Below are positions 1-12,500 of a stretch of 64,000 nt of DNA, piece by piece. Position 1 is the first letter of the stretch, and each line of letters opens with the position of its first letter. The notes under the pieces were generated by a model. The model was not told where the DNA came from, searched no databases, and worked only from the letters and a program-made list of their open reading frames with translations. The translations under genes and the position numbers were made by a program. Source of the DNA: Macrostomum hystrix (lineage: Eukaryota; Animalia; Platyhelminthes); assembly GCA_950097015.1 (NCBI GenBank), contig CATNEN010000011.1, positions 3,472,001 through 3,536,000 of the forward strand. The letters are read 5' to 3'.

Positions 1-3000
1 ATTGGATACTATATTCGGATGGGATTTCAGACTGCAAGAAGACTGGTCGCAAGACGTACAAAAAGATTGGAAAGTGCAACATGACAACCAGGATGCAGCT
101 GTACGAGTACGAGCAATCAGCATTCGATGAGGTCAACTGCAGCTGCTCGAAGAAGAAGATGAGAATCTACAAGCCGTGCAGTAAGGAATTAACTATTTTT
201 AGCAGAACTTTGTTTAATATGATAAAAAATCTTATGATATTAATTTTTTTTCGAAATATTTACATTTTTCAGAGTGTAAGGGAAGCAGCAGAACTGTCCT
301 AAGCCAGTGCAACAGGGCGTGCTTCAAGACTGTCAAATACACATGGTACCGCATTAGAGGAACCACTTGCCAGCGCAGGTCGAGAAATTTCAAGCAAGTT
401 TGCTGCTGCCTTGGCAAACCCTACAGCATCAGGACTTGCGATCCAAAGAAGGGCGTGCAAATCACAGTCGACAAGTGGCAGAAGCTGGAGTACGATGAGA
501 ACTACGAGCCCGAGTGCAGGGAGAAGGAGAAGGAGCGAAGAACCCCCGTTTTGGGTTGCGACACCAACAAGGTTACATTTAAGGACTCGAAATGCGTTGG
601 CAGAAAGTACACCCGATCTTACTACATGAAGGTGATTGTACCAAAGAAGAACAAGAGAGGCACTGTTTGCCAGTGTGTAAAGAGAAGGGTTCGAAAAGAA
701 ACTCGATACTGCAAGTGCCCGCGTACTCACATCAGCAAGACAAAGTGCAGAAGCGACAACGTTCTGGTGTCCACCAAGACCATGTACATTTTGGAGGACG
801 GCCATTGTCATAGGTACAGAAGCCGAACAGAGAAGGTTCTGAAGTGTGCCAAGTCACTAAAGAGAAAGTTCAAGTGGAGCAGATGCGACCGACGCACTTG
901 CAAGCAGAAGAAGTACGGAACTCTCTGCTCGTACAAAAACTGCAGAATCGACATTCGAGTTGATTATCGCAACCCGAAGGTGTACGAATGCTGTTGTCCG
1001 AGCTCCAAGGTTCAGATTAAGTTCCTTGAATGCCAAAACAAGCAACGCCGACGCGTGTTCAGAAAGTTCTGGCAGATTTTCTATCCAAAGCGCATGGTGT
1101 GCAAGTCGTTCGCCGAGAACATGTACAAACCGGTTCTCTGCGGTGGCTGGAAGGCGCGAAAGACTTTCTCTGGGGCTTGCCGCATCAAGGGTGCCGATAA
1201 GCACTTTTATCAGAGACTGCGCATCCGCTATAACGAGTACGAGGAGGGCTGCACATGCCGAGCGAAGACGCTGACTCCGCTGCGACTCTGCAAATGCCGA
1301 CGCAACCACACGGTGAAGGTGTGCAGGCGGGATGGTGTGCTGCAGTACAGGACAATGAGCTACCGACTGGTGGTTAAAAACGGCACGCGTCGCTGCAAGC
1401 CATACATTGCCAAGCACTGGGAGTATAAGCCTCCATGTGTGCCGGCTAGGCAAGCAAAGTGGAGTAAGCGTGTTAGTAAGTGTATCGATGGCATCAAGGT
1501 TATCACTGACTATCGCAGAGTGCGCGTCGGTTGCAAGTGCAAGAAGCAGGAGAAGGTCACTTCCGTTATCTGCGCCTGCTCTAAGACAGTCACGGAGAGG
1601 AAACGCTGCCGCCGTGGTCGATGGGAGATCACAAAATACGGAAAGAAACTGTCCTGCCGCAGCGAAAGATTCTGCTCATGCGTTCCATTCAAGAGAGTGA
1701 CGCACAAACTCCCAGCTTGTCCGAAGGGAGTAGTCAGGAAGGGCCCCTGCGTGCGCGGCTTCCAGAAGGTTGAGGCTAGGCTGTACGCCATCAAGGAATG
1801 CCACTGCACACCGCGGGAGTTCAAGAGGCATAGGCGCTGTCCGGATAAGTGCCCGAATCTGATCTCGACGCGAACATGCGTCAAGCTGATGAAGGAGGGT
1901 CTTTGTGAGCATCCGCAGCGCAAGGGCACTGTCGGCCAGATCTGCGCCCGCACTTGCGGAAAATGCTTCAAGTGCGAGTCGCCACATACGATCAAGTATC
2001 ATATGTTTGCTGGCTTTAGTTTGAAGTCTAACTCTCTCTACTCCAAGCGGTTCTACATCAAGACAATCCGGCAGACTAAAGTTTCTCACTGCATGATGGC
2101 GTGCAAGAAGGATGAAGGCTGTAATTCTTTTGACTACAACAGCAGTACAAAGACTTGCGTGCTTAACTCCGTCTCCAAGTTCTCTTTCCGGGACAGGATC
2201 AGCACATACAAAGAGGCTGACCACAAGGTTGACGTCAACATAGTCCACTTTGTCAAGTACTGCAAGCACAGTAAGTTAAGGACTCGAATTGCGAGTTTAT
2301 TTCAGTGTTAATTGGTACTGGTTCTGAGCACTAAAATATTTGATTAAACAATTGCAGAGTGTCGCTGTGGTGCCTTCACACCGATGGGCAAGTGTGTGTG
2401 TGAGGGCAGCGGAGTTCTGCGACGCTGCTACAAGCAGTTCACTTTGCGCGAGTTCTACAACAAGCCTGATGGCCGCTGCGCTCTAAGAGCCCAGACTGTA
2501 CGACTGAAGGCTGATTGTGGTAAGCAGGCTAACTATGACCTACATGCTTAAGATTTGCATAGATTTTATGCCATTGTATACTTTTTAGGTAGTATTTTAG
2601 ACTTGACGGTTAATTGAGCATTTCTTTAATAATTTCAGAAAACCCATGCGTTGACCAGATTGAGACTAGTGTCTGCCGAAGAGAAAAGCAAGCCGGTCGC
2701 TGCCTGAAGGATCGTGAGACACGAGTCCTGTGCAACAAGACCTGCTCAAGATGTGCTTGCAACAAGGAGTACACGGTGAAGGTTCCGTGCCAGAGAGTGA
2801 AGGGCTCAAACAGGCGCTCCTTCCAGCGAAGTATCATGCAGGTCAGATACAAGAGAGCCAAGTGCGGTATCTGCACCACGAGCTACAAAGTCCGTCACGA
2901 AAAGTGTACTCCGCAAGCATGCTATGAGCAGACGATCAAGGTCATTGGTGACTGCATCGCCGGAAAGAGGCTGGTAGTTACTTACGCTATCGAGCTCACC

Positions 3001-4362
3001 GATCTGGCTCAGTGCAAGAGAACCAAGATTAATGAAGTGAATTATGGCTGCAAGGGAGTGTGCAACACGGTTTCCAAGCAGGTGTCGAAGTGTCGCTACC
3101 ACAAGAAAGACAAGAAGTATTACAGAACTGTAATGTCCAGCTTCTGGGTGTCTGACGGCGCTAAGCCGAAAGAGTTGGCCTTCACAAGAAAGTATCTGTG
3201 CGATCCGAGCGTTTGCCCGAAGGAGATGACCTTCAAGGGCCCGTGTCTGCTGGGTCACAGGTTCCGCTACCGTGTGTACTACGTGCTAGACTACAAGGAT
3301 CGATGCACCAAGTTTTTGGATGCCCACGGAGAGACCTGCAGCACAAAGAAATCTAAGGGCTGCTCTAACGTTCTTCCGCGTAAGAAGTGCGCCGAAATAA
3401 AGAAGAAGGGCTATTGCCTGCGTCACAATGGACCGTCCAGACTTTGCATGAAGACATGCGGCCTGTGCAAGCCCCACAGAGTGCTTGTTGACAAGAAAAA
3501 GACCATTAAGAAGAAGACTGTCCTTGACAAAGCAAAGCTCAAAGAAGCCTACGAAATTATCAACGGAATTTCGTCCCGATACGGCGGCAGATACTTGCAG
3601 AAGGTGACCTGGGCTACTATGGCTCTGTCCGACTCAGAGGAGGGCAAGGCATTTATTGAGAAGAGTTTCAAGATCACGGCATCTAATAAGATCAAGCCGC
3701 CGAATAAGTCCAAGAAACTGGAGAACAAAATCCAGGTTGCCGTTCACGAGATCGAGGAAGGAACCGACGAGAAAAGAAGAAAGAGGAAGACAAAGAAGAC
3801 AAAGACAGAGAAGAAGGTTATCATTGACTCGAGCAAGCAGAAGAAAAAGCGCAGCAAGAAGAGTTCAGGTGAGGGCGGTTCCGAGGAGACGACAACAACT
3901 ACCACCACCACAACAGAGAGCGGTGGCGGATCGAGAAGGAAGAGGATTATCAAAAAGCGAAGAGGCAGCGGCGGCAGTGACTCTACTGAAACTCAGACAG
4001 AGACCCAGACTCAAATAGTCAATGTTCCGGGAGAGACCAAGACTATTGTCAGGACGATAGACGTTCCAGAAACAAAGACCGAAGTGAAGACGATCGAAGT
4101 TCCGGAAACCAAAACCGAGACGAAGACAATCATTGTTCCGGAGACGAAGATCGAAACAAAGGTTGTGCCTTCAACGGAGGAACAAGTAATCACAACCACT
4201 ACCGAGGACGACGGAAGCGGCAAGGTGAAGGTTACGCGAGACGTCGACACCAATAGAGACGGTAAGCGCAGCCACAGAAGCTCGAGCCAGGTCATCGCGA
4301 GTGGCTCACAAGGTGGAAAATCGTCTTCAAAGAAAAGTAGCAGTCAAGTTATCAGTGGTGGA

Positions 4363-4414
<52 letters not shown>

Positions 4415-4641
4415 GCGGCAGCAGCACCCAGGTGATCACTTCCAGTCCTGAGGAAGTTGTGACTTCAAGCACAATCGAGGACGATGGAAGCGGCAAGGTG
4501 AAGGTCACGCGAAACGTGTCCCGCACCAAGGCTGGAAAAACCTCGTCGAGCTCGTCGACAAGGGTTCTGAAGGGCAGCAGTGGCTCTAAGACGTTCTTGT
4601 CCGAGGACAAGGACGCCCTGGGCATGTCGGGCTTCATGTAA
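1..4641 (+). CDS. 5'-truncated large Cys/Lys/Arg-rich secreted-type protein (>=1446 aa) with three ShKT-like domains, one PAN/apple domain, many Cys beta-hairpin-like repeats and a Lys/Thr/Ser-rich low-complexity tail
   Basis: Exons <1..180, 273..2270, 2358..2519, 2639..4641. All introns are GT-AG phase 1 and the summed length stays in frame. ShKT-like: CPNLISTRTCVKLMKEGLCEHPQRKGTVGQICARTCGKC, CVDQIETSVC...LCNKTCSRC, CSNVLPRKKC...LCMKTCGLC. PAN-like: HCMMACKKDEGCNSFDYNSSTKTCVLN. Strong C/G-ending codon bias. No signal peptide visible because the start lies outside the window. Confidence 0.9.
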
Positions 4642-5214
4642 GGCGCAGAAAGACTAAACGAACTTTAGAGACCGAACTTAAATTTGATATCGAACTGAAA
4701 GTAGCGGATAGAGAGTAGTATCTATGTCACTCTGGGGGCAGCAGGTGCTTCAGGTTTTAAAGAAAAAACGTAGTGCTTTTTGAAAACTGAATCTTTTGAA
4801 AGAGACGCATATGATATTCAAAATGAAGAAGTGAATGTTTCTATTTTGTTGTGATCCGATAAAGAAAAATAAATTTTGTGATACTGAGACGTTGAAAAAG
4901 CTATCATCAGCCAATAAAACTTATTTTATTTCGCGAAGAGCAACTTTGACAGCTTTAATTAATAATGTACTTCTTTTTTGTGATCAAAGTCGAAAATTGT
5001 TATTCTAATAAATATCGAAATATTCCCCTTTTCCTGTTTCATTGCTTGGGACGCTATACTGTATCAGTGCACCGTTTTCCTCAAATAAAATGTGATAAGG
5101 GAAAAAACTTGATTCGTGTTTACTGACTTCGTCTTTCATTAGCTTATTGAAATGAATGAGTATGTGGGACATCAAAAACTCAAATTAATGGGAATGTGGG
5201 ACATAAAAAACTAA

Positions 5215-5436
5215 AATGAATGAGGATGTGGGAGAGAGAACTGAATGAGGATGTGGGAGAGAGAACTGAATGAGGATGTGGGAGAATGAGGATGTGGAAG
5301 AGAGAACTGAATGAGGATGTGGGAGACAGAACTGAATGAGGATGTGGGAGAGAGAACTGAATGAGGATGTGGGAGAGAGAACTGAATGAGGATGTGGGAG
5401 AGAGAACTGAATGAGGATGTGGGAGACAGAACTGAA
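5215..5436. repeat. 25-bp minisatellite (TGAGGATGTGGGAGAGAGAACTGAA), about 8 copies
   Basis: Direct tandem copies between the convergent 3' ends of the first gene and RBBP6. Confidence 0.9.
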
Positions 5437-6194
5437 TAATAATTCTTACTTGTTAGATAACAAACAGATCGTAAGATAGAAAAGGAAAAACTGAAAACCT
5501 TGAGTCACAATGGCATGTGATTTTCAGTCATTATTTCAAGGCAGAAAATTTAAATACGGCCAACACTTGCTGTCTAGTATGATAGCAGGACACTGCAAGC
5601 TTTTATTTTAGTTTTAGTAATATTTTAGCTGGTACAACAGTTCAAGCTTACAGATAGCAGACAGGGAGACAAAAAACAATGAGCAGGGGAAGGTTAAGAG
5701 TCTCATGAGAGCAGAAAGCTGGGATAGCAATTGATATTGGCACACACAATATACAGTAATTACTAGTCGCTGACATTGAGAAACAAAACCAGAATTCATT
5801 CAACCACACGTGTGAAGTCCAACAAATTTATGTTGAAAGGAACAACAGATAAATCTACTTTACACATAGACGATTACGCAGATTAGAAAAGTTTCAAAAA
5901 TAAAAAAATTTTTTTTTAAACAACAAGCAAGACTAATAAAATAGGGCGTGTTTTTGTGATTTTATTTTTAAATCAAAGCCTGATATAAATGCTTCGTTTT
6001 ATTTTTGAAATTCGCGCAAAACTTTTTTCTCTAGGAAAACAACAATACAGAAATAGAATGTGACGTTTTTAACAGTTTTAGTTGATTACTTAAATTAACT
6101 TTTACATTTTATTTGACAAGTCTTTACCTTGGTCACGGAAGTCGGCAGCCAAGCTTGCTAAAAATAAATTCCAAAAGACAACAACGGGCCGCGT

Positions 6195-6480
6195 AGAGAC
6201 AGGATAGAGATTAAACAAGGGAGAGCCGAGACGGCAGAGACATGAGACAGAAGTGAGAATGAGATGGGTCAAATGAAACAAGGGAGAGATGAAACCGTAT
6301 AGAGACGAGACAAAAGATATACGAGACAGTAGATATATGAGACAATGGTGAGATACACAGGGGAGAGATGAGACAGGGGAGAGATGAGATAAGGGAGAGA
6401 TGAGACAGGGGAGAGATGAGACACACAGGAGAGATGAGACAGGGTAGAGACAGTAGAGACGAGATGAGACAGAGAGAGAT
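6195..6480. repeat. Degenerate GA-rich repeat (GAGATGAGACAGGG-like)
   Basis: Imperfect repeats downstream of the RBBP6 stop codon. Confidence 0.75.
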
Positions 6481-6552
6481 TTAGGAGCCCGTGGGGTGGG
6501 GTGATGCCGAACCCAGTTTACTAGTAGAAAAGAGAAGTATCTGCTGCTTCAG

Positions 6553-9500
6553 CTAGTTGCCCGCAACCTTGCCGGAGGCAGCAGGTGCTGCAGCAGGGAC
6601 TGCCACGACTTCTGAAGACAGGCACTCCTGAACAGTTTCTTCCTTTTCAGCAACAGCAGCAGCAGTTGGACTTGAAACGGAATCTTCTTTCTCCGATTTA
6701 GTCTTTGTCGTCTTCTTCTTCCGGTGCGTGCCATCCTTGTCCTTGTCGCGTTTCGACTTCTTGTCTTTTCGCTTCGACTTCTTTTTCTTGTCTGTATTAT
6801 CGGACTTTTGCTTTTTCTCCTTACGGCGATGCCGCTTCTTGTGTTTGCGATCCTTGTCTTTGCTGTCAGCTGGCTCCTCAGGATCATCGTCTCTGCGGCG
6901 CCTCTTCTTTGGCGGACCTTCGCCAACCTTTGCCGAGCTGCGGATGTTTGTTATAAATGATTCCAATTTGTCGTAAAAAAAAAAAAAACATGCCTTAGTT
7001 TGCCACGGATATGACAGTTAAATCTGACAACTGAAGCTACGAATCTGACAACTGAAGCTACGAATCTGACAACTGAAGCTACGAATCTGACAACTGAAGC
7101 TACGAATCTGACAACTGAAGCTACGAATCTGACAACTGAAGCTACGAATCTGACAACTGAAGCTACGAATCTGACAGCTAAAGCTACTTGCTCACCTGGC
7201 TGAAGCAGCCGCACTTTTCTTCTCGTCTTTGATTTCTTCAGCTACGTCCGAAACACTGCCACTGCCGAAGCTGTCCTGCGAGACGCCGCTAACGGAGAGA
7301 ACGTCAGCCTCGTGAAAATCTTCAACGCCACCGGACTTGACCTGCTCTTTGTTTTCATGTTTGTTCTCGTCTGGTTCGCTGACAAAATCATCTTTCTCAC
7401 GATGTTCAATTTGTTCTTCATCCGATTTGTCGTTCCTCCCCTCAACAGTCGGGGAATCGTCGGCGATAACTACAACTTCGCCGGAAGCTGTGACAGCGGC
7501 GGCGGCCTTTCCCCGCTGACGAATAAGCTCCGCCCGAAGATCCTCGTCGCGGCGTTCAGCATTGGACGAGGCTGCAGACGCTGGCGCCGAAGACTCCGAG
7601 CTGGAGTCGTTGGATTTCCTGCTCTTCATATTTTCCTCCTGTTCGCCTTTCGAGGAGTTGATGGGCTTCGACGATTTCTTGGTGGCGACAGTTCTGCTGC
7701 GTTCACTCTTGGATTTACTGAAAGCCTTCTTTGACTTTTCGTTGTCGTCGGATTTTCCTGACGAAGCTGCGCTAGAAGAAGCCGATGATGATGAAGAAGT
7801 CGACGAAGAATGTCGACGCGGTTTCTTCGACTGTTTCTTCTGTGGCTCCTGCCTCTGCGGCCTGTCTGAAGCCTTCTTGGATCGCTGCTCCTTGGAAGCC
7901 GACGAGCTTGACGCCTCCCGGTGTCGCCGGCTGGATCGCTCGCCACTGCCGGTGGCGCCGCCCTTGCCTCCCTTCTGCATTTGCTCGAAGGCTCTGGTTT
8001 AGGTAGGCGTGGTGACATTGAAATTTAAGGATATATGAACTGTGAAATGCGAAAATTGATATGAAGAATCTCAATATTGGGACTAAAGTAAACCCTAGCA
8101 ATGTCTCTGGCAACCGTGTATTCGTGAATTTGAGACATCATAATCTGGGCCTTTGTGATCCTAGAAATCTCAGCCTGAGGATTTGAAAACTCCTAAGATG
8201 AGGATATGAGAAATCTTAAGACAAGGATTTGAAAACTCTTAAGATGAGGATTAGAGAAATCTCAAGATGAGGATATGAGAAATCGCAAGGTAAGGATTAG
8301 AGAAATCCCAAGATGAGGATCTGAGAAATCCCAATGTGAGGATCTGAGAATTCCCATGGTGAGGATTAGAGAAATCCCAAGATGAGGATATGAGAAATCT
8401 TAAGATGAGGATTAGAGAAATCCTAAGATGAGGATATGAGAAATCCCAAGGTGAGGATTAGAGAAATCCCAAGATGAGGATCTGAGAAATCACAAGATGA
8501 GGATATGAGAAATCTTAAAATGAGGATTAGAGAAATCCCAAGGTGAGGATTAGAGAAATCACAAAATGAGGATATGAGAAATCTTAAAATGAGGATTAGA
8601 GAAATCACAAGATGAGGATATGAGAAATCTTAAAATGAGGATTAGAGAAATCACAAGATGAGGATATGAGAAATCTTAAAATGAGGATTAGAGAAATCCT
8701 AATGTGAGGATTAGAGTAATCCTAAGATGAGGATATGAGAAATGTTAAGATGAGGATTAGAGAAATCCTAAGATGAGGATATGAGAAATCCCAAGATGAG
8801 GATCTGAGAAATCCTAATGTGAGGATTAGAGAAATCCTAAGATGAGGATATGAGAAATCTTAAGATGAGGATTAGAGAAATCCTAAGATGAGGATCTGAG
8901 AAAACAACAGCTGAGGATCTGAGAAAACAACAGCTGAGGATGTATGAATTCATTAAACGAGTATCTGATATTTTTCTAGTCAAAGAAAACACCTAAAAGC
9001 ATTTCCTGAGTTATCCTGGCCAGTAATTTACAATGAGATCAAGGTCACGCAGAAACGGTCCCGATCGCTTACTTCATAAACATATCAAAGGCCTCTTTTG
9101 AGAACTCGGCGCCGGCGCCTTTGCGTTTAGCGGCCGCGGCGGCTGCGGCTGCGACTGCGGCGGCTCGCGCATCGTCGCGATGCTGCGTTGAAGATGATGT
9201 CGTTGCTCGTCTGTCACGATCCCGATCCCGGTCCCGGCCCTGATCCCGGTCCCGACGATCTCTGTCTCGGTCTCGATCTCGCTGACGCGGCGGCGATCGA
9301 CTTCGACTGCGGCTGCGTCGCCCTTGCCGACGTCGGACCGAGGAATTTTTATTGTCGTCAGAACGCGGCGACACGGGCCGACGACGTCGAGGCGATCGAC
9401 TGCGGCTACGGCTTCGTCGCCTCCGACGATCTCGATGCGTCGTTGACTTTGGTGGCGATTTTTTCAGCGAAGGAATCGACATTTGAGCAGCCTGCTGAGT

Positions 9501-12500
9501 TGCCTGCTGCTGCTGCAGTGAAGGCTGCTGGGGCATCTGGTGCATATGCGGCGCCACCACAGCCATGGGTGGCTGGGGCTGCGGCATGGGCGGAACAGCC
9601 GAGACCTGAGCCGCGGCTGTCACGAATGGGAGCATGGCATGGCTGTGCTGGTGATGAGGCGGCAGCAGAGGCTGTTGAGGCAGCATTGCCTGCATGGCTG
9701 GGCCCGGTCCGCCAGTATAATTAGCGAATATATGCGGCGCCGGTGGCATCTGCTGCGGCATCGGCATGCCGTAGGGATTCTGAGACTGCTGATGAATCAA
9801 GTGCTGCTGCTGCTGTTGCACCTGCTGCTGCTGCTGCTGCTGCTGCTGATACAGGTGGTGCGGATGCTGAGGATAAACTTGATGATGCTGATGATGATGC
9901 TGCTGCTGCAGCTGATGCTGTTGATGTTGATGATGAGAGGCCGGGTGCATTGTTGGCAGACCCGAACCGGAGATCAATGAGGCAGGCAGAGTGGAAGCCA
10001 AGTGACGAACTGGCTGCTGCTGCATCTGATGTCCTGACTGTTCTTTAGCTTTGTCGAATTCGGCCGTATTTGATTGCGAAGCAACGGGCGGCGGTGTCAC
10101 TAAAAGAATCGAAATTTCTCAGTGATTCATTTCCCAACAATTTAATTGCGCAATAAATTATGAGAAACGTCCGATCAATTGTAAACAGGTGAGGATAATG
10201 ACCGATCAATTGTAAACAGGTGAGGATAATGACCGATCAATTGTAAACAGGTGAGGATAATGACCGATCAAGGGTAAACAGGTGTGAATAATGACCAATC
10301 TATGATAAACAAGTGAGGATAATTACCGATCTATGGTAAACAGGTAAGGATAATGACCAATCTATGGTATGACCAATGACATGACCAACCAATCTTATCA
10401 GCTGGGGAACTGAAGCATTGCAGAGTTAATTGTCTTGCTAAAAAAACTATAATTGTTATAGCCTAGCTGAGAATCGAACCCTTGACCTTAAATTCGAAAA
10501 GAATCGAATCTCTCATCACGAGAAACCAACATACCGTCTCTTTTCTTAGCTTCCGAATCGGTCAGTTTCGTCTCAACCAACGGACTGAGCTCCCTCTGAT
10601 TAGAAGACGAGGCTGGCTTCTCGGAAATCGCATTCGACTCGTCATCGTCGGGACGAGGACTTCGTCCAGTCGTGGGCGACACAATTCCGGACGCAACGGC
10701 GGGCGAGTGCACCGGCGAGGAGCCAGCTGCCTTGCTAGGCGCCAGAAATTCCACCCGCGGATGTCGCAGTCTGAATGCTGCGATTGCCTCGCTAATGTTC
10801 TTATTGGGCACGAGTGAGTCCTGATCGTTGCTCTCTGACTTGCACGACGGACAGACGCCGAAGTACTGGCCGCCTTCGGCTGACAGGGCGTCTAGAATGC
10901 AGCGCTTGCAGAACGACATGCCGCAGCAGACGATAACCTGCGGATCTGACATGATGCGGTGACACAGTGGGCACAGCATCTCGCCGGGTACAGGGACCGG
11001 CGCCGGAGCTTCAACTGCGGAGTCAGTGGACTGTGAGTCCGGTGGACCGCTGCGGGAATGGCGAGGCCACATGAGCAGCATTTTGCAATGACCAAATAAT
11101 ACAACAATGACTGAATCAAAATGACCAACTGGGATGGTAGTAGAGCTAGTAGAGCTAGTAGAGCAACTGGGATGGTAATGACCAACTGGGATCGCAATAA
11201 CCAACTGGGGTGGTAATGACCAACTGGGATGGATATAATGACCAACTGGGATGGATAGTAATGACCAACTGGGATGGATAGTAATGACCAACTGGGATGG
11301 ATAGTAATGACCAACTGGGATGGATAGTAATGACCAACTGGGATGGATAGTAATGACCAACTGGGATGGATAGTAATGACCAACTGGGATGGATAGTAAT
11401 GACCAACTGGGATAGATAGTAATGACCAACTGGGATGGATAGTAATGACCAACTGGGATGGATAGTAATGACCAACTGGGATAGATAGTAATGACCAACT
11501 GGGATGGATAGTAATGACCAACTGGGATGGATAGTAATGACCAACTGGGATGGATAGTAATGACCAACTGGGATGGATAGTAATGACCAACTGGGATGGA
11601 TAGTAATGACCAACTGGGATGGATAGTAATGACCAACTGGGATGGATAGTAATGACCAACTGGGATAGATAGTAATGACCAACTGGGATAGATAGTAATG
11701 ACCAACTGGGATGGATAGTAATGACCAACTGGGATGGATAGTAATGACCAACTGGGATAGATAGTAATGACCAACTGGGATAGATAGTAATGACCAACTG
11801 GGATGGATATTAATGACCAACTGGGATGGATAGTAATGACCAACTGGGGTGGTCATGACCAACTGGGGTGGATGATAATGACCAATTAGGATGGTAATGA
11901 CCAATTGAATAAAAAAAGATAATTTTAGATTACGAGAATGGCAACAGGAATGGTAATAAATGACTGAATAAAAATGACCAACAATGACTAACTAGGACAA
12001 TAAATGACTAATGAGTAGCTTTTTATAACTTACAATAATATTTAATGCTAACCAACTTTTAAGCTGGGAAAACGAGGCGCATATTTAAAAGTGATATCAT
12101 TTAAAAATGAAGCCTTAACGATCAACTTATAATTAATTCATAGCAGTTAAGAATCCCAAATTTAATAAACTTATTCTGCTTACGCGGAAGCAGGAGATAA
12201 ACTTTTGCTGCTATCCTTGGAGTCTGGCTCAACGCTGGACGATTGCTGCTGCTGGCTAATCCCAGTGGAATCCGCCGCAGAATTCTATAAATAGAATTAA
12301 TTGATTAAAAAACAGTTAGATTTTTAATACGCTACTTATATTCAACAACGCTAGTAGAGCATGCGACATTTTTTTTATTTTTTATAGTCTGAATTTTATT
12401 CGAAAAATTCATCTAAAATTATTTTTCAACTTACAGAATCAACCGTTTTACCATCGTCGGTAGACTTTTGCTGCAAAATTTTCGGTTCAGTTGGCGATTT

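Noticed and set aside
232-4637. Antisense and alternate-frame ORFs overlapping the first gene (and those over RBBP6, FNTB and MRTF)
   Set aside because: Shadow ORFs expected from GC3-biased or low-complexity coding sequence.
10488-11904. SQLVITIHPSWSLLSIPVGHYY-repeat ORFs
   Set aside because: Produced by the 23-bp intronic array. Only 10535..11049 (the RING exon) is real.
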